Assembly (NCBI GenBank): GCA_032250835.1
Contig: JAVVEA010000004.1
Location: forward strand, 183,670 to 247,669
DNA length: 64,000 bases
Direction of reading: 5' to 3'
Origin: a bacterium
Lineage (GTDB): Bacteria > SAR324 > XYD2-FULL-50-16
Shown piece after piece: positions 51,425-61,503 of this stretch. The translations under genes and the position numbers were made by a program. The notes beneath the pieces are model-generated. The model saw only the letters and a program-made list of their open reading frames with translations, did no database searches and had not been told where the DNA came from. Within the stretch, counting starts at the first letter, position 1; each line of letters opens with the position of its first letter.

Positions 51425-52489
51425 TTAATCTTCCTCTTCTTCTTGGGGCATTTCTTTCTTTTTAACCCGGTCTAAGCCCTTTTCTAGGGCTGAGCGGGTT
51501 TCTACCTGCAACTCTCCCTTTTTGCTGTTCCAGACCACTCTTTTGAAGCGGTCTAGGCCGCCTTCGAAGAGTTCGTGGATTGGGGAGGCGTGGTTTTTGT
51601 GGCCTTCGTAGAAACGCAGGGGGTTGTTGGAGAAGACCTCGATGGAAACCTTCATCAACTCTTTGGCCAACTCGGGGTCCAGTTTCAGGGCCTCTTTGCG
51701 GTAGCCCTCGTAGGCCTGGGCGGTGGAGAGCTTGAAAGCATAGTCCTGGCGGATCCGCGAAATGAAGCCGTAATTGCGGATGCAGACCCAAGCAAACCAG
51801 AAGAGGGGGGCGAAGAAGGGTAAGCGTTTGAGACTCATCAAGGGATCGTCGGAAAGATCGAGCTTTAGATAAAAGGCCAAGCCAATCATGCCTATGATGT
51901 TGAACAAGAAAAAGACCAACCAATTGACGCCAGCGCCATTGAGCTCTTTATGCATTTTATCGAAGGACGCTGACATTCCCTCCCGTTTTGCGTTGTCGCG
52001 ATGTTTGTCGAATTGCTCATTGAGCACATCCAGCTTTTTCAGGTTTTCCTCAATCCGCTCTTCTTGTTTTGCTAAGGTTTCCTCCCGTTCCAAGAGGGCT
52101 TGGGCTGCCCTAATCGTTCGGTTAAATTTCGAGTTTTTATCGGTTTCGTCTCGGGAGTACTTTTGCCACTGTTTCGCTTTCTTCGCTGCGAAAAGATCCA
52201 GTTCTTCCATCAATATTCGCAGGGGTAATAAAAGGGCAAAGACATTCTCGGTGCTACGTTTGTCTCGGAAGCTGTTTAACGCTTTTGACAAATTCTTGGT
52301 CGCACGCAGTGCTGTCTCCAAAGTCTCGCGAGAATCAGGACCATAGAATTGCTGTCTTTTTGGGTAAGACTCAAGTCGATGGGAATATTGGGTCAACTCA
52401 GCCTTTGTTAATTCTGGAAAGAGGCTTTCATTGGCAGTAAGTATTTCTATCGTCTGTTCCGCAATTTCAATAATCTGATCAAATTCCAT
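51425..52489 (-). CDS. Hypothetical coiled-coil protein with 2 TMs
   Basis: GGAGG RBS at MEFDQ; TM pair followed by DYAFK...AYEGYRKE. Confidence 0.8.
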   Translation of the reverse strand: MEFDQIIEIAEQTIEILTANESLFPELTKAELTQYSHRLESYPKRQQFYGPDSRETLETALRATKNLSKALNSFRDKRSTENVFALLLPLRILMEELDLFAAKKAKQWQKYSRDETDKNSKFNRTIRAAQALLEREETLAKQEERIEENLKKLDVLNEQFDKHRDNAKREGMSASFDKMHKELNGAGVNWLVFFLFNIIGMIGLAFYLKLDLSDDPLMSLKRLPFFAPLFWFAWVCIRNYGFISRIRQDYAFKLSTAQAYEGYRKEALKLDPELAKELMKVSIEVFSNNPLRFYEGHKNHASPIHELFEGGLDRFKRVVWNSKKGELQVETRSALEKGLDRVKKKEMPQEEEED

Positions 52490-52708
52490 AGCCCCTCCAA
52501 GGTTTTCCTTAGAGTAGGCCCTGGTGTTAGTCCGTTGACCAGGACAAAAAGCGGACATTCGTCGGGATACAGGGAGCAAAGGCAGGAATGTTTGGCGGCG
52601 GGAAGGAAGGGCTCCCGAAGGGGAGCCCCCAATGAATGAAACCCACCCGGATTTCTAGCCGGAGGAACTACTCAGGCTTAGCCGGGGCCGGCTCGTGGGT
52701 CTTGATTT

Positions 52709-54352
52709 TCAAGCCGGAGCGGGTTCGGCACCCCTTTGGCCTTCGGGCGCAGCAGCCTCCGGCGGGTTGTGGGATACTTTGACGCAGTTGCGGCCGTTGG
52801 CCTTGGCGTCGTAGAGGGCTTGGTCGGCCCGTTCGGCCAGTTCGTCTAGGCTCTCGCCTTTGCGGCGTAGGGCTACGCCAAAGCTAGCGGTGACTTGCTC
52901 GACCGGGCCGATCTTGAGTTCCGCCACCATTTTACGCAGCTTTTCGCAAAACTGGCGGGCACCCTGTTCGTCGATTCCCGGCGCCAGCAACAAAAATTCT
53001 TCACCGCCCCAGCGACAGGCTACGTCGGTGCTGCGCGTACCCGCTTCCATCACCTGGGCGAAGGCCTCTAAGACCTGATCGCCCACATGGTGGCCATGGG
53101 TGTCGTTGACCCGCTTAAAAAAATCTAAGTCACACATGACCAGCGCCACCCCTTGGCCGTAGCGGTCGTCGCGGGCGAACTCCATCTTGGCCATCTCTTG
53201 GAGCTTGCGGCGGTTCAAGAGGCCGGTTAAGAGGTCGTGGCTGGCCAGATAGTCTTTCTGCTCGATCAGGCGGTCGGTGTAGGTCAGCAGTTCGTTGATG
53301 CTGTCGCCGATCACGCCGAATTCGTCGCTACGGTGGGCTTCGTTGACCCGCAGTTTGAAGTTCTGGGTGTCGATCACCTCGCTCATGGTTTTGAGCATCA
53401 CCCCAAGGGCCTTTAAGATGCGCCCGATGGTCAGCGATACCAGCACCACCGCCAGGGACAACAGGGTAACCGCCACGGTCATGTAATTGGTCAGCCGTTC
53501 CTGGTTGAGGATCACTTCCTTTTGGATGCCTTCGCGCAGCAACAAGATACCCTGATCCAGCAACATTTGGAGTTGCTCGACCGCCAGTGTTGATTGATCC
53601 CACCACAGGACCGGGTGCCCGTTTTGGATCGAGTCAGGGTCTTGTAAGGTTTTTTGGATTTGAGCGGCGATCTTTTGCTGGTTGCCTTCGCTCAAGTCGG
53701 CAGCGACGCGGGCCCTCAACTCAGGTGGGGCGAGGCGCAAGAAACGATCTAATTGGTCTTGGTAAAGCGCCCAGTCTCCGGCTAGCGCGGCCCGTTCGCG
53801 GTCATCCAGATGGCCGTTTAGGTAGGCTAGGTAGAGTGCCGAACGGTTCCGGTCCATGTATTCGGCGGTCAGGGCCAAGTCGCTAAGGGCCAAGAGCGAA
53901 AGGCTAGAGATGCCTAAGGCCCGTTGCTGGACGTTGATCTTCGAGGCTTCTAAAAGGTCGTGTACCCACTGGCCATAGCTGGACCGGGCTTCGGGCCATT
54001 GGGTTTGACCGGCGTCGAGCCGGGCGCGTAGCCCTTTTAGACTAGTTTGGGAAATACTGGATTGTTTGTCGTAGGCCAGCAATTGCCGGTCCGTCTCTTG
54101 GCGCTGGGCGGCCAAGTTGGCGGTCAGCTCAGCGCCTTGGTACAGCAGCCAACCGGCGCTAAGGGCTCGCTCATTTTGTAACGCATGAACCAGGCTGAGG
54201 CTGCCGCGAACCTGCTCGACGCGTTCTAAATAAGACTCGGAAATGGAGATAATTTCCTGATGCCGCCCGTACTCGACGTACAGCAGCGCGATCATCCCCG
54301 CCAAAGCCAATAGGGCCAGAAGGAGAATTCGTAAGCGGATGGAAAGATTCAT
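52709..54352 (-). CDS. NIT-HAMP-GGDEF diguanylate cyclase
   Basis: LVHALQNERALSAG (NIT-like); DEFG (HAMP); HDLLTGLLNRR, DLDFFKRVND and RWGGEEF. Confidence 0.9.
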   Translation of the reverse strand: MNLSIRLRILLLALLALAGMIALLYVEYGRHQEIISISESYLERVEQVRGSLSLVHALQNERALSAGWLLYQGAELTANLAAQRQETDRQLLAYDKQSSISQTSLKGLRARLDAGQTQWPEARSSYGQWVHDLLEASKINVQQRALGISSLSLLALSDLALTAEYMDRNRSALYLAYLNGHLDDRERAALAGDWALYQDQLDRFLRLAPPELRARVAADLSEGNQQKIAAQIQKTLQDPDSIQNGHPVLWWDQSTLAVEQLQMLLDQGILLLREGIQKEVILNQERLTNYMTVAVTLLSLAVVLVSLTIGRILKALGVMLKTMSEVIDTQNFKLRVNEAHRSDEFGVIGDSINELLTYTDRLIEQKDYLASHDLLTGLLNRRKLQEMAKMEFARDDRYGQGVALVMCDLDFFKRVNDTHGHHVGDQVLEAFAQVMEAGTRSTDVACRWGGEEFLLLAPGIDEQGARQFCEKLRKMVAELKIGPVEQVTASFGVALRRKGESLDELAERADQALYDAKANGRNCVKVSHNPPEAAAPEGQRGAEPAPA

Positions 54353-54616
54353 GGCCCCCGATGATTCGTCAGATCCCTTTCAAATGTCTGTGTTGATCAT
54401 AACCAAAGCACCCCGATAAAGACAAGTAAAGGAGCGTCTGAGCGCCGGTATTGGCGGTTTTTCAAGAACTTAGCAGGTTGAGTACAACCATTTTACAAGG
54501 CCCAGAATCAGGGTAGGCGCGGTTCTAGCGACTTGCGATTGCTTTGACCAGAACTCCCCTTGCCTGTGGGTACTTGTGAGCGCTAAGTTCAAATAAACCC
54601 TTTCCCCAATGGTCCT

Positions 54617-55990
54617 ATGAACACGCTGAACCGGCGTTTTCTTTTTTATCTGCCCCCCTTGCTGGCATTTTTGTATCTCTTGGTCCAAAGCGGGGTCGTG
54701 GATACGACCCTTTCTCTGACCCACTCTCAGTCCGTCGCGCTGGCCGTGTTGGTGCTGGCGGCGGTGCTGTGGGTTACGGAGTGGGTGCCGCTGTACGTGA
54801 CCAGTTTTGTGGTGTTGTTCCTACAGCTCTACTGGCTGGTTCCGGCGATCGACCCCAGCGCCGGTAAGGCCGCGCGGGCCGCCTATTTAAGCCCCTTTTT
54901 CAGCGAAATCATCCTGCTCTTTTTGGGCGGTTTTGTGCTCGCTGCGGCGCTGCATAAATACGCTATCGACAGCCGTCTGGCCCATTGGCTTCTGCAACGC
55001 ACCGGCACCGAGCCGGGGCGGGCGATGGCCGGGTTCATGATCGCTTCGGCGATGTTGTCGATGTGGATGTCCAACACGGCGACTACGGCCATGATGTTCG
55101 CCATCCTCTTGCCGATTGTGCAAAAGATCCCCGCTGGCAATCCCTTTGCCAAGGCTTTGGCGATTAGCATTCCCTTTGCCTGCAACCTAGGGGGGTTGGG
55201 TACGCCGATCGGAACGCCGCCCAACGCCATCGCCATGACCTACCTGACCAAAAAGGGGTACCATATCGGCTTTGCCCAGTGGATGGGCGCGACCTTTCCC
55301 TTTATGTTGCTTTTGCTGTTTTTGTTGTGGTTTATGCTGTTAAAGATTTACCCTCCCGGTAAGGGCTATCAGTTGGAATTGCCCGAAGCAACGACTGGGC
55401 CTTGGACGAGGCTACAAAAGACGGTTTTGGGCCTCTTTTTGCTCACCATTGTCGGTTGGTTGACCACAGACCTACACGGAATGAGCATCGGTGTGGTAAG
55501 CTTGATTCCGGTGGTCGTCGCCTTTGGCTCCGGCATGTTAAAGGTGCAGGACTTTAAGAGCCTGCCTTGGGACGTTTTGTTTATGGTCGGCGGGGGTATC
55601 TGCCTCGGTGTGGGGCTAGAAAAAAGCGGACTGACCGGGCATATTGTGGACTTGATCCCTGGCCCCGACCAATTTTGGATTGTGTTGATCGCCTTTGCCC
55701 TGTTGGCCGCTTTTATGACCACCTTTATGTCCAACACCGCCACGGCGAACTTGCTCATCCCCTTGGCCATTTCGTTGGATTACGGGGTCGGTTTGGTGGT
55801 TTTGACCATTGCCATCAATTGTTCGACTGCCATGGCCTTGCCGATCAGTACGCCGCCCAACGCCATTGCCTTTGGTTCGGGCATGTTGGAGTCGAAGGAT
55901 ATGGTCCGCCCCGGTGTGTTGATCACCCTACTTTCTTTGGTGCTGGTGTTGGCTTTGGGGAGTTTGTACTGGCCGCTATTTAACATTTAA
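54617..55990 (+). CDS. DASS/SLC13 anion symporter
   Basis: MWMSNTATT, GTPIGTPPN, FMSNTAT and STPPNAI motifs. Confidence 0.93.
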   Translation: MNTLNRRFLFYLPPLLAFLYLLVQSGVVDTTLSLTHSQSVALAVLVLAAVLWVTEWVPLYVTSFVVLFLQLYWLVPAIDPSAGKAARAAYLSPFFSEIILLFLGGFVLAAALHKYAIDSRLAHWLLQRTGTEPGRAMAGFMIASAMLSMWMSNTATTAMMFAILLPIVQKIPAGNPFAKALAISIPFACNLGGLGTPIGTPPNAIAMTYLTKKGYHIGFAQWMGATFPFMLLLLFLLWFMLLKIYPPGKGYQLELPEATTGPWTRLQKTVLGLFLLTIVGWLTTDLHGMSIGVVSLIPVVVAFGSGMLKVQDFKSLPWDVLFMVGGGICLGVGLEKSGLTGHIVDLIPGPDQFWIVLIAFALLAAFMTTFMSNTATANLLIPLAISLDYGVGLVVLTIAINCSTAMALPISTPPNAIAFGSGMLESKDMVRPGVLITLLSLVLVLALGSLYWPLFNI

Positions 55991-56000
55991 AGGAGCGAGA

Positions 56001-56321
56001 ATGGAACTGCACCGCCAAACCTGCCAATTGTGCGGCAGCCACGAATTGCGCAATATTCTGGTGCGCGAGCCCGGCGAGTATGACAAGGTTTTTGTGCAAT
56101 GCGCTGGGTGCCAGGAGATGGTCGCGAGGTATGTGATCTCGCCCGGTGGCTATTACCATGCCCACAAGGGCTATGAATCCTACCTGCGCGGCATGGCCCG
56201 CAGCGGAGAAGCCATGAGCGGCAAGCGCATCAAAAATGAATTTGAACAAACCGCGGAAGCCTGTGAACAGCGCTTTGTGATCATCAAGGAACTGCTGAAA
56301 GAGCAGCATAAAATCGACTAG
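56001..56321 (+). CDS. Small hypothetical zinc-ribbon-like protein
   Basis: CQLC and CAGC; AAGGAG RBS; tightly spaced between the DASS gene and corA. Confidence 0.75.
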   Translation: MELHRQTCQLCGSHELRNILVREPGEYDKVFVQCAGCQEMVARYVISPGGYYHAHKGYESYLRGMARSGEAMSGKRIKNEFEQTAEACEQRFVIIKELLKEQHKID

Positions 56322-56326
56322 GCAGC

Positions 56327-57379
56327 ATGGCCGAAAAACTCTCAGAAAAGTACGGCCTGCCGCCGGGCACGGCGGTTTATGTGGGTGATGAAGCTCCCGA
56401 AGGGGAGTTGCTCTACCGGTGCCTGCGGTTTAAAGGATTGGAGGTCGAAGAGATCGCCAGCGAATCTCCCCAGGCGGCCTTTGCCTTTTTCGACGAAAAC
56501 CTAGCCAACTGGATCACCGTGCAAGGGGTCCATGACGCAGGCGAGATCGAGTCGTTGGGCAAGTTTTTTGGGCTGCACCCCTTGATGGTTGAGGACATCA
56601 TCAACACCGAACAACGCCCAAAGATCGAATTTTACGGCGACCAAATCTTTGTGGTGATCCGCCTCTTCCACCGTGAAGAAGACGGGCTAGAGCCCGAGAA
56701 CGTCAGCTTGGTTTTAGGTAAAAACTTTGTGCTCGCCTTCTTGGAACGTACCGAAGACTATTTTACCTTAGTCCGGGGCCGTCTGAGGCTTCGTAACAAC
56801 CGCATCCAGGCCATGGGCGTGAGCTACCTGCTCTTTGCCTTAATGGACCTGCTGGTGGACCGGTATTACGTTACTTTGGACTGGTTCGAGGCCGAGATTA
56901 TGGAACTGGACGATGAACTGTTCCACAGCACCGAAGCAGAGCTGTTGCACCGCATCCACGATCTAAAAAAAGACGTCACCGCTATGCACCGCAACACCCG
57001 CCAGTTGGTGGAAATCTCCGCCAGCCTGACCAACGGGGAGTTGGAGATGATCAACCCCGACGCGGCCCCTTATTTTCGCGACCTGCAAGACCATGTCAAA
57101 CAAGTGGTCGAGGCGCTGGACAACTTCCGGGAGATGCTCTTTAACCTACAGTCCCAATATTTGGCGCTCTCGAGCCAGAAGATGAACGAGGTGATGAAGT
57201 TTTTGACCATGATGGGTTCGATCTTCATTCCTTTAACCTTCATCGCCGGGGTTTATGGTATGAATTTTAAGAATATGCCCGAATTGGATTGGGGTTGGGG
57301 GTATTATGGCTCCTTGGGCCTGATGGGCGCGGTGGCTGTGGCGCTGTTGATCTTTTTTCGGCGCAAACGCTGGCTTTGA
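56327..57379 (+). CDS. corA: Magnesium/cobalt transporter CorA
   Basis: GLPPGT, LHPLMVEDI...QRPK and GVYGMNF.NMPEL motifs. Confidence 0.95.
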   Translation: MAEKLSEKYGLPPGTAVYVGDEAPEGELLYRCLRFKGLEVEEIASESPQAAFAFFDENLANWITVQGVHDAGEIESLGKFFGLHPLMVEDIINTEQRPKIEFYGDQIFVVIRLFHREEDGLEPENVSLVLGKNFVLAFLERTEDYFTLVRGRLRLRNNRIQAMGVSYLLFALMDLLVDRYYVTLDWFEAEIMELDDELFHSTEAELLHRIHDLKKDVTAMHRNTRQLVEISASLTNGELEMINPDAAPYFRDLQDHVKQVVEALDNFREMLFNLQSQYLALSSQKMNEVMKFLTMMGSIFIPLTFIAGVYGMNFKNMPELDWGWGYYGSLGLMGAVAVALLIFFRRKRWL

Positions 57380-57462
57380 TTTATCGGGGCGGAAAGGCTT
57401 CGCCCTGATCTTTTCGCTTTTTACCTTGGTAGCTTCTCTGAAACTTAATTCGGAGCGTTGCC

Positions 57463-58608
57463 ATGACCTGGACCCAATTCAGCGACCAGCCCAACCTAGG
57501 GCTCAACTCGCCTCATTCCCGCCCCTTTTCTAGACCCCATCTGCTAAGCTTTCAAGGCCATTTGTTAGCCACTTGGACCGAACAACCCGAGGGGCAAGCC
57601 CAAGGGGTGGTACGTGTGGCGCGGTTGGAGGGGGATCAGTGGAACTTTGTGGACGGCGGGGCGGGGCTCAGCACCAACGACTGCGCTTCGCTGCTCGGCC
57701 CCCGGCTGGTGGCGGTGGGCGAGGACCGTTTGCTGGTCAGTTTTTTGGAGTGCGAGCGCGGCGCGGTGCTGGGGCGTTTGCTGGAATGGGACTTGGAGCG
57801 GGACTGGTCTGAGGCAGACGAGGGCGGTTTGAACCTAGACCCGGACCAAGCAGCCCGCAGCCTTAGCTTTTGTAGCGACGGGGTCGGGCTATATGGCACC
57901 TGGATCGAGCGTTCTTCGTTGGGCTGGCGGGTGCGGGTGGTCCACACCGGGCTAGACGGACATTGGAGCTGGCTCGACGGAGGCGGCCTAGAAGGCTTAA
58001 ACGCCCAGGTCGAGGGCGACGCCCAGCACCCGAGCATAGCCTTTTATGGCGGCCAACTGCACCTCTTTTGGGTCGAGCGGCGCGGATCGTTGCGTCTTTT
58101 TGGCAAGGTCTTTACGCCGCCCGGGGGCTGGAAGGATCACGCCCTTGAGCCGGCCCCCTTTGAGTTGGACCACCCCCAAGAAACCGGGGACCACTTGGCC
58201 CCACAATTGGTGGCCACCCGGCTAGGGCTGGTCTTGGCTTACGGTCACCAAACTGGGCGGGTCTGCCGCTGGGAGGCACTGCGTCTGAGCCCCGGAGGTT
58301 TTTGGCACCGCGAACCCTATGCCGCACTGCCCCAACGCCTAGGCTTCCCCGCCGCTGTTACCGCTTGGGGAGAGGGTTACGCCCTCGCCCACGGCATCCA
58401 TGCGCTACAACTCACCTCCCAGGGCGGCCGCTCGGCCCCTGCGCGGCTTCTCCCCGCGCCGGGCGTGATTTTAAACCCCGAATCCCAACTAACGCACCGC
58501 GCCTTGGCAGCCCACCAAGGCCGCCTCTACGCCCTCTGGATCGAGTCCACCACCGACGCCCACCAAAACCAAGCCGCGCGGTTGTGTGGGGGGTGGGTTG
58601 GGGATTAG
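57463..58608 (+). CDS. Hypothetical protein, probable beta-propeller repeats
   Basis: Recurrent P.L...G.LY..W.E and W..DGG.LN motifs. Confidence 0.65.
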   Translation: MTWTQFSDQPNLGLNSPHSRPFSRPHLLSFQGHLLATWTEQPEGQAQGVVRVARLEGDQWNFVDGGAGLSTNDCASLLGPRLVAVGEDRLLVSFLECERGAVLGRLLEWDLERDWSEADEGGLNLDPDQAARSLSFCSDGVGLYGTWIERSSLGWRVRVVHTGLDGHWSWLDGGGLEGLNAQVEGDAQHPSIAFYGGQLHLFWVERRGSLRLFGKVFTPPGGWKDHALEPAPFELDHPQETGDHLAPQLVATRLGLVLAYGHQTGRVCRWEALRLSPGGFWHREPYAALPQRLGFPAAVTAWGEGYALAHGIHALQLTSQGGRSAPARLLPAPGVILNPESQLTHRALAAHQGRLYALWIESTTDAHQNQAARLCGGWVGD

Positions 58609-58737
58609 TTCGGGTTCACCAAAGCAATAGGCTGCGGCACCGCGCTGGTGGTGCCGCGACTAATAGTCCAAAGATCAACCAGAAAATACTAGGCCGGGAG
58701 AGTGTCTTTGGAGCCAAGCCGTCGTACTTAGTAAACT

Positions 58738-59838
58738 TTACTCTGTAGCCTTTTCCGAGCTAGCTTCATGGCCCGATTCATAAAACCTTACAGTTTCGAT
58801 GAATTGGTCGGCAAATTTGTATACTTCATCCAAGGTTTCGATTTTTACCCAATTCCATTCTCGGGTTGCGCCCAATAAGCCCAAGCTAAGGCCCTTTGAA
58901 TTGCTGGCTAAGCAGCAAATGGGCTTCCGGTTGTTGTCGTCCAACAACACGGAAAAATAACTTTTTGCATCGCGCCAAACGATTCTAGCGGAAGGGACGG
59001 TTTGCCGTAAAATCGCACGGACAATCCGGTGGCATTCCAATTCGTCTTCCGTTGTTTCGATGCTTTTTCCAGGCTGGCTCTCTTCTTCTTTGGTGGCGTT
59101 CTCCGTGGCTTCCACATCTGCTTGGGCTTCTCCCCTGATCTTTTTAATCATGGCGTCTAAGCGATCATCGATAAACTGCGACAGCGCCTTGCGAGTGATC
59201 CGACTGAATTGTTCTTTAACAGCCGCCGTCATTTTCCTGTGGTGCACGTTGGAGACAAAAAATCGGATAAATCCCTCGTCGGGATCGGTCATCTGTCGGG
59301 CGAGGAGTGATTTGATTTCTTTGGTGTATTTTAGCTCAACAGCACTGGAAAGGATTTCTTCTATGTTGAACTGTTCCTTTTGGAATCGCTCAAGCTCCTT
59401 GGGCAACGACTCGGACAGATCGCGGAGGCTGAACTCCAAGAAGGGCTTGTTGTCCATTTTGTTAGGTTCTTCTAAGTCGCTGTAAAACTTATAGACAATC
59501 CCGTTGGTTAAGATGGCCAATTTGGCGTCAACGGTAGAAAAATAGCGGTACAACTGCGACGCATGCTCTTTGTTTAGCTCACTTTCAGATCTTTTGCATT
59601 CGATCAGAATGATCGGTTGCCCGTCGCGCAAGATGGCGTAGTCAACCTTTTCACCCTGTTTGGTTCCAATATCCGCCACAAATTCAGGAACTACCTCGGT
59701 TGGATTGAAAACGTCATAGCCCAGTGCAGCAATGAAGGGCATCACAAAGGCGTTTTTTGCCGCCTCTTCGGTGGTGGTTGCTGAGGCCATTTTGCTAACT
59801 TTTGTAGAAAGCTCTTTGATTTTGTCAGCCAATGCCAT
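58738..59838 (-). CDS. HsdR N-terminal-like (PD-D/ExK) domain protein, standalone
   Basis: TEEAAKNAFVMPF, EVVPEF, GEKVDYAI, IECK, QLYRYF and LTNG motifs; no helicase motifs. Confidence 0.85.
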   Translation of the reverse strand: MALADKIKELSTKVSKMASATTTEEAAKNAFVMPFIAALGYDVFNPTEVVPEFVADIGTKQGEKVDYAILRDGQPIILIECKRSESELNKEHASQLYRYFSTVDAKLAILTNGIVYKFYSDLEEPNKMDNKPFLEFSLRDLSESLPKELERFQKEQFNIEEILSSAVELKYTKEIKSLLARQMTDPDEGFIRFFVSNVHHRKMTAAVKEQFSRITRKALSQFIDDRLDAMIKKIRGEAQADVEATENATKEEESQPGKSIETTEDELECHRIVRAILRQTVPSARIVWRDAKSYFSVLLDDNNRKPICCLASNSKGLSLGLLGATREWNWVKIETLDEVYKFADQFIETVRFYESGHEASSEKATE

Positions 59839-60069
59839 GGGGTCCCCTATTTTAAAAAAATTAAAGATTTTGCCCAAGCTACCTAAAATTTCAGGGGTGA
59901 GCAAAGGCTTCTTTAGTCAAAAAAAACAGCAATAAAAGTTGCAAATAGGCAGGTGTTGTGGGAGCAGCTTTGGGCGGCAATGGGGAGCATTTAAGTTAAG
60001 GAATTGCCTTAGCCTAAAATCAAAGGGACGGGATTGGGGGGGAATGCGCAGAGAAGACCTGATCCTTTA

Positions 60070-60144
60070 TGGTAGCCCCGAGTGGAATCGAACCACTATC
60101 TTGGGCTCCGGAAACCCATGTTCTATCCGTTGAACTACGGAGCC
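60070..60144 (-). tRNA. tRNA-Arg(CCG)
   Basis: GGCTCCGTAGTTCAACGGATAGAACATGGGTTTCCGGAGCCCAAGATAGTGGTTCGATTCCACTCGGGGCTACCA. Confidence 0.95.
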
Positions 60145-60290
60145 ACCTAAAGGAACCACCGCCGAAGCGGGGGTTGGTCTACCATCCTTAAGGGGTTTTT
60201 ATTCCTTTGTCTAGCCGCCAATAGCGCTTTCCCTTTGACGGCTTGGGGCCGCTTCTGATTCATTGGACCAAAGCAAACCCCCAAAGGACG

Positions 60291-60599
60291 ATGACCCTGA
60301 AACTAACTGGAAAACAAGCCCGCCACCTCCGCGCCCTGGGCCACCACCTCAAGCCGATCATGCAAATAGGCAAAGGGGGAATTTCCCCGGAGTTCCTAGA
60401 AAAGCTGGATCAGGCCTTAGAACAGCATGAATTGATTAAGATCAAGCTGCTGCAAAACACGATGGTTGACCTGGATGCCGCCGGAGAAGAGATCAGCAAA
60501 GCGCTGCATTGTTATATTGCCCAAAAGATCGGCAAGACGCTGATGTTGTATCGTATGCGCAAAAAAGACTCCCGCATCCCCCTACCTACCGAGGCATGA
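60291..60599 (+). CDS. yhbY: Ribosome-assembly RNA-binding protein YhbY (CRM domain)
   Basis: LTGKQARHLRALGHHLKP, IGKGG, HELIKIK and IGKTLMLYR motifs. Confidence 0.93.
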   Translation: MTLKLTGKQARHLRALGHHLKPIMQIGKGGISPEFLEKLDQALEQHELIKIKLLQNTMVDLDAAGEEISKALHCYIAQKIGKTLMLYRMRKKDSRIPLPTEA

Positions 60600-61123
60600 A
60601 CGCTGCGGGCCACCTGATTGGCGGGTTGGCCGCGGCGACCTTGGTCGAGGGGGTGGCGCTGGGCAGTGGGTACCTGCCGCCCTTGACCCAGGAGGTGCAG
60701 GCTGCTCATTGGGCGCTGCCCTTGACCGCCTTGATGATGTCCCTCTTCCCTGACCTGGACGTGGCTTCGCTGCCTCAACGTTGGTACTACCGCGCCGCCT
60801 TGCTGGCCCTTTTGTGGCTGCATTTTACAGGGCGGGACCTAGCCTTTGTCTTGCTCGCCCTTTTTTCTATTTTACCGCTGGTGCACCGGCATCGGGGCTG
60901 GACCCACGCAGTCTGGGCCCCCTTTGCGGTTGCCAGTCTTTTGGCGCTCGCCACCGAATACCGCCGGGCCGAAACGGGCTGGTGGGCCTCCTTTTCCTGG
61001 ACAGACGCCGGGGCGTTGTGGGTGGAATATTTGCCCTATGTAGCCGCCGCTTGGGTGGGCCATGGGGTGCATTTGCTGTTGGATTCTTCCAAATTGCGGC
61101 TGGTCAAGGGAGCCCACCATTAG
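60596..61123 (+). CDS. Membrane metal-dependent hydrolase (YdjM-like)
   Basis: GH, PDLD, HRGWTH and HLLLD motifs; ATGA overlap with yhbY. Confidence 0.8.
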   Translation: MNAAGHLIGGLAAATLVEGVALGSGYLPPLTQEVQAAHWALPLTALMMSLFPDLDVASLPQRWYYRAALLALLWLHFTGRDLAFVLLALFSILPLVHRHRGWTHAVWAPFAVASLLALATEYRRAETGWWASFSWTDAGALWVEYLPYVAAAWVGHGVHLLLDSSKLRLVKGAHH

Positions 61124-61257
61124 GGGGTGTCACCTTGCAATACGGAGTTTATTCAAGTGATTTTGGGTTTGGATCGGTAATTTCTTGTTTGAACTCATCT
61201 GATAAAATTTTTTTATTTCAGATGAATAGCCTGCCTAGATAAGGGGCTTGAATAGCT

Positions 61258-61272
61258 TGGCACAAAATTAGC
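61258..61272 (+). promoter_or_regulatory. Candidate sigma54 -24/-12 promoter
   Basis: TGGCAC-AAAAT-TAGC; GG-N10-GC spacing is correct. Confidence 0.4.
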
Positions 61273-61312
61273 CGATATGCTGCGGCGTACTCAAGGTGCA
61301 TAGGCTCTAGCT

Positions 61313-61503
61313 TAAGGCCATCAAGGTTTGCTGCCAACCCAACCGATGTATTTACCGCGCATCGGCAACTGAACTGTACAGGAGTTGGGCAAGGGCAGGA
61401 TCTTGCCGTCGGGCTAAGGCCATCAAGGTTTGCTGCCAACCCAACCGATGTATTTACCGCGCATCGGCAACTGAACTGGACAGGAGTTGGGCAAGGGGCA
61501 GGA
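61313..61503. repeat. Tandem repeat, two ~88-bp units at a 102-bp period
   Basis: TAAGGCCATCAAGG...GGCAGGA at 61313 and 61415; one substitution and one indel. Confidence 0.92.
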
